Shown: positions 1 through 9,671, counted from the first letter of the stretch. The stretch is 37,579 bases of DNA from Clostridia bacterium (GCA_017505015.1 JAFVQA010000138.1:1-37579), one strand, 5' to 3'. Notes: a model not told the origin generated them from the letters alone. Program-made: numbers and translations.

Positions 1-1
1 G

Positions 2-256
2 TCAGACTTCTTCATAACCTTTGCCTTTTTGCAACTTTAAAAACTGATATATGTTTTCGTCCAAAGCAGAAAAATCCTGTGCCTCGTCATAAAGTGAGTC
101 GCAAGATATAAATTCTATTTGTCTGCTGAGAAGAGTGTCTGCAGTTTTTGTAAGTGCAGTTTTAAGCACAACCACGTCTGCACTTTTAATTTCGTCAAGA
201 CCCTGCAAAGTAAGGTGATCTTGTTCGTAACCCAAACCAACGACAGAAAGTTTCAT
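2..256 (-). CDS. N-terminal part of a YabN/MazG-family protein (tetrapyrrole-methylase-like domain); the rest lies beyond the left window edge
   Basis: ATG at 256 follows an AGGAGA RBS and sits 4 nt after the flippase stop. The N-terminus MKLSVVGLG...ADVVVLKT resembles the TP-methylase domain fused to MazG in Firmicutes. Its position after a YabM-like flippase matches the B. subtilis mfd-...-yabM-yabN order. Confidence 0.5.
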   Translation of the reverse strand: MKLSVVGLGYEQDHLTLQGLDEIKSADVVVLKTALTKTADTLLSRQIEFISCDSLYDEAQDFSALDENIYQFLKLQKGKGYEEV

Positions 257-259
257 TTG

Positions 260-1846
260 TTATTTCTCCTGATAGAGTTTTTGCAAAAACCTGCCCAACA
301 ACGGCACTTTTGACGCTTCGTTTTTGTCAAACACGCCAAACAACAAAACTGCCGTGAAATATACTGCAACACCCACCACCACAAGCAACAGCACACAAAG
401 ACTGTTTGGCAAAAATTTTGCAAACAGGTTGCGGGTAAGCAACAAAAAAGTTGTCATAACAAGACCACACGCAAGTGGTTTTGCCAGCACTTCTTTAAAG
501 TCGGGTTTTATTTTTTGCACACGAACAATATACAACAAATCGCCCAAACACGCAACAAAATAGCAAATCACACTGCTGACGGGCGCACCAAAAACGTTTA
601 TCTTTGGGTTTGAAAGTAAAAAAACAGACAACAAAGTTTTCGCCATGGTTGCCACAAACAAAAACACAACTGGAGCATAAAGCCTGCCACCAGCCTGCAA
701 AATTGCAGTTGACGTTTGCACCAATGACAAAAATAAAACACTCACACCCGCAACACGTACCATGTCGGAGGCAATCAAAATTTCGTTGAAAGGCAAGCCG
801 CCATATAATAATTGCGTTATTGGTTGAGCCAAAACAATCAGCCCAAGTGAACAAGGAATGCCCACCACGAAAGTAAGTTTAAGCGCAAAGGTTGCTTTTT
901 GGTTTGCACCTGAAAAATCTTTTTTTGCATAGTGACGCGAAATTGCAGGAACTATTGCAGTAGAAATGCCAATGGTGAGCACAACGGGCATATTGAGCAA
1001 ACTATGCACAGGCCCTGCCCACACACCGTATAACAAAGTTGCATCTGGCACTTTTAGCAGGTTTATCACCAAAACACTGTCTACAAGTTGAGTCAATGGG
1101 ATAATAAGCCCACTCAACGTAATTGGCAAACACAACACAAGCAGGCTTTTTGCCGTTTGTTTTGTGTCGAACAGGCTTGAGTCACCCGACAAAGTCACTT
1201 TTTGTTTTTTGCCCAATTTTTTAATGCACAACAACAAAAGCAAAGCACACACTTCGCTGACGGTAACACCAAGCACTGCAAAGTTTACGCTTTTTATAAC
1301 GTCTGGCATAAACTTTGTTGCACCATACAATCCAATGGTCATTTTTGCAATTTGCTCTATTATCTGACTGAATGCAGTCGGCTCCATTTGCATAAGCCCC
1401 TGAAAATAGCCACGATATGCCGAAATGACACAAACCAAGAAAACAGACGGCGCAATTATTTTATAGGCAGATGTTGCCTGAACGTTGCCCTGCAAAGCAG
1501 ATATCCCCTCTGCAAAAACAAACAACAACACACTGCCAACAAGGCCAAACAACGCAAGCATAGCAAGAGCAGTTTTAAAAACTTTGTTTGCATGGTCGTG
1601 TTTGCCAATGGCAACTTTTTCTGCCACAAGTTTTGACACCGCAACAGGTATGCCCGCAGTAGAAATTGTCAATAACAATGAAAAGAGCGGAAAAACAAGC
1701 TGATAAAGCCCCATTCCATAACTTCCTATTATGTTTGTGAGCGGAATGCGATAAACTGCACCAAGCACTTTTGCAACAATGCCACCAACACTAAGCACAA
1801 ACACGCCTTTTAAAAATCCATTTTGTTTTTTAACTGATTTTTGCAT
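260..1846 (-). CDS. MOP-superfamily flippase (MurJ / SpoVB / YabM-like polysaccharide biosynthesis protein), 528 aa
   Basis: Long polytopic hydrophobic protein with about 14 predicted TM segments and an N-terminus (GFLKGVFVLSVGGIVAKVLGAVYRIPLTNIIG) typical of MurJ/SpoVB. Synteny supports it, as it lies between the mfd neighbourhood and yabN. Confidence 0.75.
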   Translation of the reverse strand: MQKSVKKQNGFLKGVFVLSVGGIVAKVLGAVYRIPLTNIIGSYGMGLYQLVFPLFSLLLTISTAGIPVAVSKLVAEKVAIGKHDHANKVFKTALAMLALFGLVGSVLLFVFAEGISALQGNVQATSAYKIIAPSVFLVCVISAYRGYFQGLMQMEPTAFSQIIEQIAKMTIGLYGATKFMPDVIKSVNFAVLGVTVSEVCALLLLLCIKKLGKKQKVTLSGDSSLFDTKQTAKSLLVLCLPITLSGLIIPLTQLVDSVLVINLLKVPDATLLYGVWAGPVHSLLNMPVVLTIGISTAIVPAISRHYAKKDFSGANQKATFALKLTFVVGIPCSLGLIVLAQPITQLLYGGLPFNEILIASDMVRVAGVSVLFLSLVQTSTAILQAGGRLYAPVVFLFVATMAKTLLSVFLLSNPKINVFGAPVSSVICYFVACLGDLLYIVRVQKIKPDFKEVLAKPLACGLVMTTFLLLTRNLFAKFLPNSLCVLLLVVVGVAVYFTAVLLFGVFDKNEASKVPLLGRFLQKLYQEK

Positions 1847-1928
1847 GATAATATATACGCCCCAAAAACTTTAAAAACAACAAATTTTGTTTTTAAGGTT
1901 AGTTTTTGTTTTGCAAAAAATATTATGC

Positions 1929-1963
1929 AAAAAATAAAACCTCTCGGGTTAACCGAGAGGTTT
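1929..1963 (-). terminator. Intrinsic terminator after the lipoprotein gene (bidirectional in form)
   Basis: Minus strand reads AAACCTCTCGG-ttaac-CCGAGAGGTTT followed by TATTTTTT, 15 nt after the stop at 1978. Confidence 0.65.
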
Positions 1964-1977
1964 TCGTTTTGTTTTAA

Positions 1978-3672
1978 TTAGTCTTTATATTCAATGCCGA
2001 GTGTATCTGTGTAAGAAGAAATTGCATCAGCATCAATTACGATTTTGCCACTTTGTTTGTAAGAGTTATACAAAGCTGCAACTTGTTTGTCTGCAAACAA
2101 ATCTTTGAGTTCTGTGTAGATTTCTTGATAGAATCTCCAGCTTGCAGAACCACCTTCAATGCCATAGTTTTTAGCTTCTGACCATTTGATTTCGTCTGCA
2201 ACAACTTTGCCATCAACCATGATGAGGTGAACGCCATAGTCAGTAACTGCAAAATGCATTTGGTCAACACCGTTTTCATATTCTGCAATCATTGCTCTTG
2301 CTTCGTCTACAAATTCACGAACAAAGCTTGTGCCACCATAAGACAAGTCTGTTGGGTTTTTGCTTACAACGTATGAGTGAACTGGGTTTTGCATGCCAGG
2401 GTCTGTGTTGTATTTATAAGTGAGTTCGATAAATTGTTTTTCAGAAACTGAAGTGCCGAGTGAAGCTTTAAAATCAGCATAGCTTGTTACGTTGCCTTCG
2501 CTATCTTTTACTTCGAGGTCAGCCACGAAAGAATTGCGATAAGCTTTATATTCTGCTGAAGTTGAACCCAAACGAGTTCTTGCTGCTTTGAGCAATGCTG
2601 TTTGTTCGTCAGAGAATGGAAGCAAAATGCTGCGAACGTAATAATATTCGTCTTTGTATTGTTCTGGAACGTAATATACAAAGTCGTCACTGCCAAGACC
2701 TGTTATAAAGCTTGTGAAAGCAGCTGGGTTTTTAGAATAAACTTCTGTTTCTTGTGCGATTTTTTCTGCAAGACGATCTTCAAATACTTGTTGAGTGATT
2801 TTGCCTTGGATATCTTCGCTATAAACTTCTTTTGCGAGATAGTCGTTTGCAATTTGATCATCAACTTGTGCTTTGAGAGTATCTTTCAAATAAGTTTCTA
2901 CGTCAACTTTTTTGTTGTTTTTAATGTTTTTAGTGATTGTAGAAACTGCTTTGTTTTGTGCTTTAATATAATCTGCAATAGTAACTTCTGTTTCTTTGCC
3001 ATCTTCTTTAACAAGACGTTCGTTAAGATCTGCAACGATTTCTGCAACTTTTTCATCTGTTTCTGCAAAAACGTATTTTACAGTTTTATAGTCTTGACCA
3101 GGAAGATATTCTGCCAATTTTTCATCAAGAGCTTCGATGTCAAGTTGTCTGTCTGCATCTGCAGGAGTATAGCCGTTTTCGTGTTCGATCATTTCTGGAT
3201 AATCATCGTTTGCAACTTTATCTTCAAAAGTAAAGTCTGATTTAAGCTCATTCATTGTGAGTGAGTCAAGTGATGAATAGAAAGAAAGGAAAACACTCTT
3301 TTGGATATATTCCAAAGTTTCGTCATCAAGATATTCTGCGTTGCCACCAATTTGTGTTGCTCTGTCGCTTGTATTTTTGCTTCCGTCAAAAGTTGTTTTA
3401 TACTCGTTGAGCATAACTTTTTGTTGGATAAACACTGGGAACAAACCATCCCACACTTGTTGCATAGTGTAACCTTGTTGCAAGAAAGCTGTTCCGTTAG
3501 AGTTGAAATAATCGATAACTTCGCCAAGTTTAACTTGTTCGTTACCAACTTTGATAGCATCTTGATCGCGATATCTATCTTCGTTAAGCACAAACAAACC
3601 ACAGCCAACCAAGAAAGTCAGGCTGAAAACTGCAAGTGCTATTATACTAATAAATTTTTTAAATTTAGTCAT
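1978..3672 (-). CDS. PrsA/SurA-like foldase lipoprotein with a divergent parvulin-like C-terminal domain (564 aa from the RBS-supported start)
   Basis: Signal peptide plus lipobox (FLVGC). The N-terminal SurA_N/PrsA-like pattern is IKVGNEQVKLGEVIDYF...QQKVMLNEY. The C-terminal parvulin-like pattern is YVRSILLPF...YNTDPG...FVREFVDEA...DYGVHLIMV. GGAGAA lies 8 nt before the ATG at 3672, whereas the track start at 3681 has no usable spacing. A PPIase gene after mfd is common in Clostridia. Confidence 0.55.
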   Translation of the reverse strand: MTKFKKFISIIALAVFSLTFLVGCGLFVLNEDRYRDQDAIKVGNEQVKLGEVIDYFNSNGTAFLQQGYTMQQVWDGLFPVFIQQKVMLNEYKTTFDGSKNTSDRATQIGGNAEYLDDETLEYIQKSVFLSFYSSLDSLTMNELKSDFTFEDKVANDDYPEMIEHENGYTPADADRQLDIEALDEKLAEYLPGQDYKTVKYVFAETDEKVAEIVADLNERLVKEDGKETEVTIADYIKAQNKAVSTITKNIKNNKKVDVETYLKDTLKAQVDDQIANDYLAKEVYSEDIQGKITQQVFEDRLAEKIAQETEVYSKNPAAFTSFITGLGSDDFVYYVPEQYKDEYYYVRSILLPFSDEQTALLKAARTRLGSTSAEYKAYRNSFVADLEVKDSEGNVTSYADFKASLGTSVSEKQFIELTYKYNTDPGMQNPVHSYVVSKNPTDLSYGGTSFVREFVDEARAMIAEYENGVDQMHFAVTDYGVHLIMVDGKVVADEIKWSEAKNYGIEGGSASWRFYQEIYTELKDLFADKQVAALYNSYKQSGKIVIDADAISSYTDTLGIEYKD

Positions 3673-3705
3673 TATTTGCATTCTCCATAAAATATGTCGC
3701 CTATG

Positions 3706-3734
3706 ATTATACTAAAAATTTTTGTCTTTGACAA
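3706..3734 (-). promoter_or_regulatory. Sigma-70-type promoter for the lipoprotein gene
   Basis: Minus strand TTGTCA-17 nt-TATAAT lies immediately after the mfd stop and about 30 nt upstream of the RBS. Confidence 0.5.
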
Positions 3735-3739
3735 TAAAA

Positions 3740-6700
3740 TTAACTATTTTTTCTGTAAACACATTCAATAAACTCATATACTTTATCAAAAACTTTAGAT
3801 ATATTTTTGTTTTTGCAGTCAAAAACAATGCACAGCTTGTGAGTGACGTCAAGTCGGGCAATATTTTTAAATTTTTCGAGTGCATCAAACACACCCTGGT
3901 TGTGCAATCTTTTAACGTCAAAAAAGCACAACTCGGTCTTGTCTGGTCTTATTGTAACCTCGCTTATGCCAAGGTTTGACGCTTTTTGTTTGAGCAGACA
4001 TATATCAATAAGGTTGAGCACCTGTGGCGGTGGGTTGCCATATACGTCTGAAATTTCGTCAAGCAATTCGTCGGCATCCTGCTGTGATGAAATTGCAGAA
4101 AGCCTTTGATAAAACGCCATTCTGCTTTCGCCATCGATAATATAATCTTTTGCATTGGCATCCATTGCGATATCTACGTTTACTTCTACAACTTCTTTTG
4201 TCTTTTTGCCTTTAAGTTCGTCAACCGCTTCGTTAAGCAGTTTGCAATACATGTCATAACCGACTTTTTCCATATGACCGTGCTGTTCTTTGCCAAGCAC
4301 GTTACCCGCACCGCGAATTTCCAGGTCGCGCATTGCAATTTTAAAGCCACTGCCAAGCTCGGTATATTCCAAAACTGCATTGAGTCTTTTTGTTGCATCG
4401 CTTGTGAGCACCTTTCCTTCGCGATATAAAAAGTATGCAAATGCGCGGCGGTTACTTCTGCCAACACGACCACGAAGCTGATAAAGCTGACTCAAACCAA
4501 AACAGTCTGCATCATAAACAATAATTGTGTTTGCATTTGGAATATCTATTCCGTTTTCGATGATAGTTGAGCAAACAAGCACGTCATATTGACCTTGCGT
4601 AAACTCATATATCTTTTTTTCAAGCATACTTTCGTTCATTTGACCGTGAGCCACACAAAATTTAACACCTGGCATAAGCTGTGAAAGTTTGCCTGCAAAT
4701 TCATCTATACTTTCTACCCTGTTATATACAAAAAACGCCTGACCACCACGGTTAACTTCACGCATGATAGCATCGCAAATGAGATAATCGACACTTTCTA
4801 CCACGTAAGTTTCTACAGGAAGCCTTTCTTGCGGTGGGGTCTGAATAATGCTGATATCTCTCATGCCCGTAAGCGACATATGCAACGTGCGTGGAATTGG
4901 CGTTGCAGAAAGAGTGAGCACGTCTACGTTCTTTTTAATGTTTTTTATTGTTTCTTTGGCTTCTACACCAAACCTTTGTTCTTCGTCTAATATAAGCAAA
5001 CCAAGGTCTTTAAAACAAACGTCTTTGCTCAAAAGTCTGTGTGTGCCACAAACCATTTCTACCTTGCCGGTTGAAATGCCGTCTGTAATTTCGGTTTGTT
5101 CTTGTTTTGATCTAAAACGGTTGAGTGACTTTATGTTAAAGCCAAACTGATTCATTCGTTTTGAAGCATTTTTATAATGTTGTTCTGACAAAATTGTGGT
5201 TGGTGCAAGAAAAGCAACCTGTTTGCCCCTTGCAAGAACCTTAAAAGCAGCACGCAATGCCACTTCTGTTTTGCCAAAACCAACGTCGCCACATACAAGA
5301 CGATCCATAATTTTTGTACCCGAAAGGTCTTTGCTGATTTCTTCGATGCACTTGAGCTGATCTATAGTTTCTTCGTGAGTGAAAGATTTTGCAAACTCGT
5401 CTTCTAAATATTCGTCTGTCTGATAGCAAAAACCACGCGCTTTTTCACGCTCGGCATAAAGTTTGAGCAAGTCGAAAGCCATTTCTTTTACTCTTTCTTT
5501 TACCCTTGCTTTAACCTTTTTAAACTCTTCGCCACCAAGTTTGCTTAGTTTTGGCGCTTTTTCTCCACCAGAATATTTAGAAAGCAAATTTGTAGCGTCC
5601 ACAGGAACGTATAACGTATCCTGATTTTTATATTTAACGATGATATAATCTTTTGTGCCGTGGGTTGTTTCTATCGATTCGATGCCCTGACACAAACCTA
5701 TGCCGTGCAATTCGTGAACGACATAGTCGCCAATATCAGGCGTTGTAAAAATTTTGTCGTTGCTTTTTTTGAGTTTTTGTTTTTTTGCCCCTTTTGACAA
5801 AACGTCAAAAACACCAATGATAACAAATTTGTTGTCGTGATCCACAAAGCCATGGTCAACCGTTTTTTTGCAAATTGAAATGCCCTTTTGCAAAAGGTTT
5901 TCGTTTTCACTCACCCCAACCAGAATGCCTTGATATTTAAGTTCATCCTGCAAAAGTTTTGCACTTTGGTCATCGCTGGCATAAAGCACCACCGTATAGC
6001 CGTTTATCTGCCAGTTTTTGAGGTCGTCGCACAACATTTGCATTTTGTTTTGATATGCAACAAGTGGTGTAGACCTGAATTTTTGCACTTCTTTTGCATA
6101 GAAAAAGTTGTTTGTAGACGACATACCCTGAAAAGCCGTTTGAGCAAAGCCTTCAAACAGAGCAAAAACCAAACTTCTTTCTACAAGCTGATCTTTGCTT
6201 TCTGGCAAAACCTCGCCTTTAGAAAGCAAATATGCAACACGCTGATAATGTTCATCGTATATATTAGCAATTCTGTCTGAGGTTTGTTTTGGTTCGTCCC
6301 ACACTACAATTGCATCTTGTGGGAGATAATCTGCCAAAACAGAGTTTTTAACGAAAGGCAAAAGCCACCCATTTGAATAATTTTGATTTTCTATGTCGCA
6401 AAAAACGTCTTCTAACACCGTGTCAAGACGAGTTTTTGCATCTGGGTCTATTTTTTGTCGCGAACTGCTTGCCCACACCTGTTCGCCAAGCAAATTGTTA
6501 TCAAAATCGTTTGAAAAAAACTGATTGAGCGGAACAACGTCAACACGGTCTATTTTTTGCACGGATTTTTTTGTTTGTTTGTCGAAAACACGAATATCTT
6601 CTATATCGTCGCCAAAAAACTCGATACGCACAGGGTTGTCATAGCCAGGGCAATATACGTCAAGAATATCACCACGGCGAGTGAAGTCGCCCATAACTGT

Positions 6701-7174
6701 GATTTCATCTGCTTGGCTGTAACCTGCAGCAACAAGCCCCTTTGCCACTTTGAAGATATCTGTGCTGTCATTTTTTTGCAAAGTGATAACGTTTGACAAA
6801 AAACTGTTTTTAAAAGGATATTTTTGGCACAGTGCCTCTGGCGTTGTAACCACACCGTCAAGACCGTTTGTCATTGCAAAAAGCACCTGACTGCGCAAAG
6901 CACGTGACGAAACGGAAGAACCCTTGTTGCTGACAAGAACTTCTTCTTTAGGTGGCAGATACATATATTTTTTGCCAAGCGAATTTAATTGATTTAAAAT
7001 TTCATGCGCACTGACATAGTCGCTTGCAACGTATAACACAAATTGTGGCAAAACACCTGCAATAAAGGCTTTTTGTTTTTTGCACACGCCAAAAGCCGCG
7101 GTATTTTTTTTACCCCGGGTATTTTGGACTATCTGGTTGTAAGTTGCAAAATCTTTCAGTTTTTGTAAAATCAC
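3740..7174 (-). CDS. mfd: Transcription-repair coupling factor Mfd (1144 aa, GTG start)
   Basis: Size, the superfamily-2 helicase motifs (GDVGFGKTEVA, DEEQRFG, TATPIPRT, QLRGRVGR) and the pth-mfd synteny all fit. AAAGGTG RBS lies 5 nt before the GTG at 7174. Confidence 0.95.
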   Translation of the reverse strand: MILQKLKDFATYNQIVQNTRGKKNTAAFGVCKKQKAFIAGVLPQFVLYVASDYVSAHEILNQLNSLGKKYMYLPPKEEVLVSNKGSSVSSRALRSQVLFAMTNGLDGVVTTPEALCQKYPFKNSFLSNVITLQKNDSTDIFKVAKGLVAAGYSQADEITVMGDFTRRGDILDVYCPGYDNPVRIEFFGDDIEDIRVFDKQTKKSVQKIDRVDVVPLNQFFSNDFDNNLLGEQVWASSSRQKIDPDAKTRLDTVLEDVFCDIENQNYSNGWLLPFVKNSVLADYLPQDAIVVWDEPKQTSDRIANIYDEHYQRVAYLLSKGEVLPESKDQLVERSLVFALFEGFAQTAFQGMSSTNNFFYAKEVQKFRSTPLVAYQNKMQMLCDDLKNWQINGYTVVLYASDDQSAKLLQDELKYQGILVGVSENENLLQKGISICKKTVDHGFVDHDNKFVIIGVFDVLSKGAKKQKLKKSNDKIFTTPDIGDYVVHELHGIGLCQGIESIETTHGTKDYIIVKYKNQDTLYVPVDATNLLSKYSGGEKAPKLSKLGGEEFKKVKARVKERVKEMAFDLLKLYAEREKARGFCYQTDEYLEDEFAKSFTHEETIDQLKCIEEISKDLSGTKIMDRLVCGDVGFGKTEVALRAAFKVLARGKQVAFLAPTTILSEQHYKNASKRMNQFGFNIKSLNRFRSKQEQTEITDGISTGKVEMVCGTHRLLSKDVCFKDLGLLILDEEQRFGVEAKETIKNIKKNVDVLTLSATPIPRTLHMSLTGMRDISIIQTPPQERLPVETYVVESVDYLICDAIMREVNRGGQAFFVYNRVESIDEFAGKLSQLMPGVKFCVAHGQMNESMLEKKIYEFTQGQYDVLVCSTIIENGIDIPNANTIIVYDADCFGLSQLYQLRGRVGRSNRRAFAYFLYREGKVLTSDATKRLNAVLEYTELGSGFKIAMRDLEIRGAGNVLGKEQHGHMEKVGYDMYCKLLNEAVDELKGKKTKEVVEVNVDIAMDANAKDYIIDGESRMAFYQRLSAISSQQDADELLDEISDVYGNPPPQVLNLIDICLLKQKASNLGISEVTIRPDKTELCFFDVKRLHNQGVFDALEKFKNIARLDVTHKLCIVFDCKNKNISKVFDKVYEFIECVYRKNS

Positions 7175-7202
7175 TTTTGCACCTTTAAAATTTGTTAAAC
7201 AA

Positions 7203-7772
7203 CTATTTGACGTTGTATTTTTGCATTATTTTCTGCACGTCGTTGCCTTTGCAAAACTCTTGCATTGCTTCTGCAACGTTATCGAAAGTTTTATCAAGAA
7301 TTTGCATGTCGTCTTTTGACACTTTTGACAATACAAAATCTTTAAGTTCCATTTGCGCGTTAGAGCCACGGCCAATGCCAATGCGCAACCTGTTGAATTG
7401 TTGCGTGCCAATTTGCTGAACAATGTTTTTCATGCCGTTATGTATGCCGGCAGAACCGTTTTCTCTTATTCTTACCGCACCAAGACGCAAATCGATATCG
7501 TCATAGATAACAAAAAATTCGTCTTGTTCTATTTTATATTTTGAAGTGAGCGAAATTACGCTTTCGCCAGACAGATTCATGTATGTTTGTGGTTTTGCAA
7601 GAATAACTTTTGTGCCACCAACAAAAGTGTGTGCAGTTTTTGCTTTGCACTCGTTTTTGCTGAAAGTAGCGCCAAGTTTTTGCGCAAGGCGGTCGATAGC
7701 CATAAAACCAATGTTGTGAAAAGTGTTTTCATACACCTTATCTGGGTTGCCCAAACCTACTATAAGATACAT
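7203..7772 (-). CDS. pth: Peptidyl-tRNA hydrolase
   Basis: MYLIVGLGNPDKVYENTFHNIGF N-terminus and 189 aa length, located upstream of mfd. Confidence 0.95.
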   Translation of the reverse strand: MYLIVGLGNPDKVYENTFHNIGFMAIDRLAQKLGATFSKNECKAKTAHTFVGGTKVILAKPQTYMNLSGESVISLTSKYKIEQDEFFVIYDDIDLRLGAVRIRENGSAGIHNGMKNIVQQIGTQQFNRLRIGIGRGSNAQMELKDFVLSKVSKDDMQILDKTFDNVAEAMQEFCKGNDVQKIMQKYNVK

Positions 7773-7786
7773 ATTTTCCTCGTTTG

Positions 7787-9019
7787 TTAATCGTTTTGTT
7801 TATCAAAATATCCTTTGTCATTAGCATAACGCAAAAGACCGTTGAAAGGATAGATATCTGTGCAAAGTTGCAAACAGTCAAAAGCAACCTTGCTTTGCCA
7901 GCTTATGCTTTGCTTTATCATTGATTTGCAGAGATTGTTTATTTTGGCAATTAAAGCAAGGTTTTGTTTGAAAAACTCAACGTTTTGCTCAAATGCTTTG
8001 TCGTTTGTTTCAAAATTGAAAACAGGGTTGACCTGCACACCAAATTTTTTGAGTGCCAGAGTTTCGTGAAGAAACCTGTCTTTGTCAATCGTGAGCAGAC
8101 AATTGTTTTCAACCACCTGTGCATATATTTTTGAAAGCACGTCGTTTGCAACACAAACAACCTGACCAAAAGTATAGTGCGGATATTTGCTTTGCAATGC
8201 ATTTGTAAAAGCATGAATACCTGCAAAATTATTTTGATTTGCCACAGACAAGCATTTTGCCACAGAAATAAGATATTGGCAAGCAAAAAGTTCGCTCACT
8301 GTGTTTTTGCTGAAAGGTTTTTTTGCAAGGTTTATTGCATTTTTAACAGAAGTAGCCAAAAGATAATTGGCAACGTCACAGTTTTTTGCGTTTTGAACCT
8401 TGTTTGCAAAAACCCTGTCAAAAGCAAACAGTCCATTTTGCAAAACAACGGCAAATGCAGTCTGCAAATCGTCAAGGCAAAAATCATATGCCAAAGCAGT
8501 GTCACACAACACAACGTCAGGTGATTTGCCAGGCAAAATTTGTTTGACTTTGTTTTTCCACAAGGTGCAATAGTTTGTTGCAACGTCGTCGCAGTCTGGC
8601 AACACGTTTATAAAAATCCATTGAACGCCAAGTTTTTGCGATGCATATTTGCCATATTGACAGGCATTGTAGCCACCAACGCAAACGATAACTTTGGTTT
8701 GTTCTTTTGCCTGTGCAAAAATTTGTTCGCATTGTTCAATGCTGAACAGATTTTGTTCTTTAATTATGCTTGTTGTAACGTCAAAAATTTTGCCAAACTT
8801 TTTTACAACCTTGTCTTTTGTTTTTTCAAAGACCTTTTGTTCAAACACAAGGTGCATTGTTTTGCCCATTTTTTTGGCAAAATGTGCCGTATGGTCGCAA
8901 GCCCCTTGCTGTATAACAAATTCTTTAACGTTAATTTCGTGCAGGTTGCCACAACGACATTTAAAACCAAGGCCACCCCAGTTTGAAATTGGCATTTTTG
9001 CAAGTCTGTTGTCTGTCAT
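7787..9019 (-). CDS. Divergent glycerol-1-phosphate dehydrogenase / iron-ADH / DHQS-superfamily protein (410 aa from the RBS-supported start)
   Basis: GGGAGA RBS lies 6 nt before the ATG at 9019, so the track start at 9061 is probably too long. An N-terminal CRCGNLH element is followed by a Rossmann-like segment VIVCVGGYNACQYGKY where GGGSxxDxxK is expected, and by later D/H-containing segments (VLCDTAL, GIHAFTNAL, PHYTFGQVV). The call is from recalled family motifs only. Confidence 0.4.
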   Translation of the reverse strand: MTDNRLAKMPISNWGGLGFKCRCGNLHEINVKEFVIQQGACDHTAHFAKKMGKTMHLVFEQKVFEKTKDKVVKKFGKIFDVTTSIIKEQNLFSIEQCEQIFAQAKEQTKVIVCVGGYNACQYGKYASQKLGVQWIFINVLPDCDDVATNYCTLWKNKVKQILPGKSPDVVLCDTALAYDFCLDDLQTAFAVVLQNGLFAFDRVFANKVQNAKNCDVANYLLATSVKNAINLAKKPFSKNTVSELFACQYLISVAKCLSVANQNNFAGIHAFTNALQSKYPHYTFGQVVCVANDVLSKIYAQVVENNCLLTIDKDRFLHETLALKKFGVQVNPVFNFETNDKAFEQNVEFFKQNLALIAKINNLCKSMIKQSISWQSKVAFDCLQLCTDIYPFNGLLRYANDKGYFDKQND

Positions 9020-9043
9020 ATGCAACTTTCTCCCATTTTGATA

Positions 9044-9072
9044 ATTATAACACCAACCCACTTTTTATACAA
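9044..9072 (-). promoter_or_regulatory. Promoter for the G1PDH-like/pth/mfd unit
   Basis: Minus strand TTGTAT-17 nt-TGtTATAAT (extended -10), about 25 nt upstream of the ATG at 9019 and downstream of the rplQ terminator. Confidence 0.45.
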
Positions 9073-9114
9073 GATTAAACCTTTTGGATATTTTGTAAAT
9101 AATTGTAATTTTTG

Positions 9115-9146
9115 CAAACAAAAAGGGACTGTTTGTCAGTCCCTTT
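9115..9146 (-). terminator. Intrinsic terminator ending the alpha operon
   Basis: Minus strand AAGGGACTG-acaaa-CAGTCCCTT followed by TTTGTTTG, about 30 nt after the rplQ stop. Confidence 0.65.
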
Positions 9147-9173
9147 GCATTTATTTGTTAATATTTTCAGATA

Positions 9174-9671
9174 TTAGAGCAAAACGATTTTAGCCATTTC
9201 TGCAGCGTCACCTTTGCGTGGGCCGAGTTTGTAAACAGCTGTGTAACCGCCTTTTTGACCTTCTTTAGCTTTTTCTGCATATTTTGGTGCATATACGTTA
9301 AAAATTTTTTCAAAAAGTGGGTGTTTAACGTCTTGAGTTCTGAGTTTGTATGCTGATTTAGATTCCTTAGCACCTTTTTCTTCTTTAAGGTCGTTAAGGT
9401 TAGCCATGAGCATACGTCTTGCAGCCAACTTTTGTGGGCCATCGTTTTGAACTTCTACAGAAGTTTGTTTGCCATCAACGATGCGTGTTTTGCTTACTGT
9501 GTAAACGTCTTCATAAGTGTTTACAGCGAGTGTGATATATTTTTCAGCGAGTTTTTGAACTTCTTTAGCTCTTGCATAAGTAGTTACGATTTCGCCTTTC
9601 CACAAAAGGTTTGATACCTGATTTTTCAACAAGGCAATTCTTTTGTCTGTTGCTCTACCAAGCTTTCTCAT
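9174..9671 (-). CDS. rplQ: 50S ribosomal protein L17 (long form, 165 aa)
   Basis: MRKLGRATDKR... N-terminus and GGYTAVYKLGPRKGD C-terminal motif. It follows rpoA. Confidence 0.92.
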   Translation of the reverse strand: MRKLGRATDKRIALLKNQVSNLLWKGEIVTTYARAKEVQKLAEKYITLAVNTYEDVYTVSKTRIVDGKQTSVEVQNDGPQKLAARRMLMANLNDLKEEKGAKESKSAYKLRTQDVKHPLFEKIFNVYAPKYAEKAKEGQKGGYTAVYKLGPRKGDAAEMAKIVLL

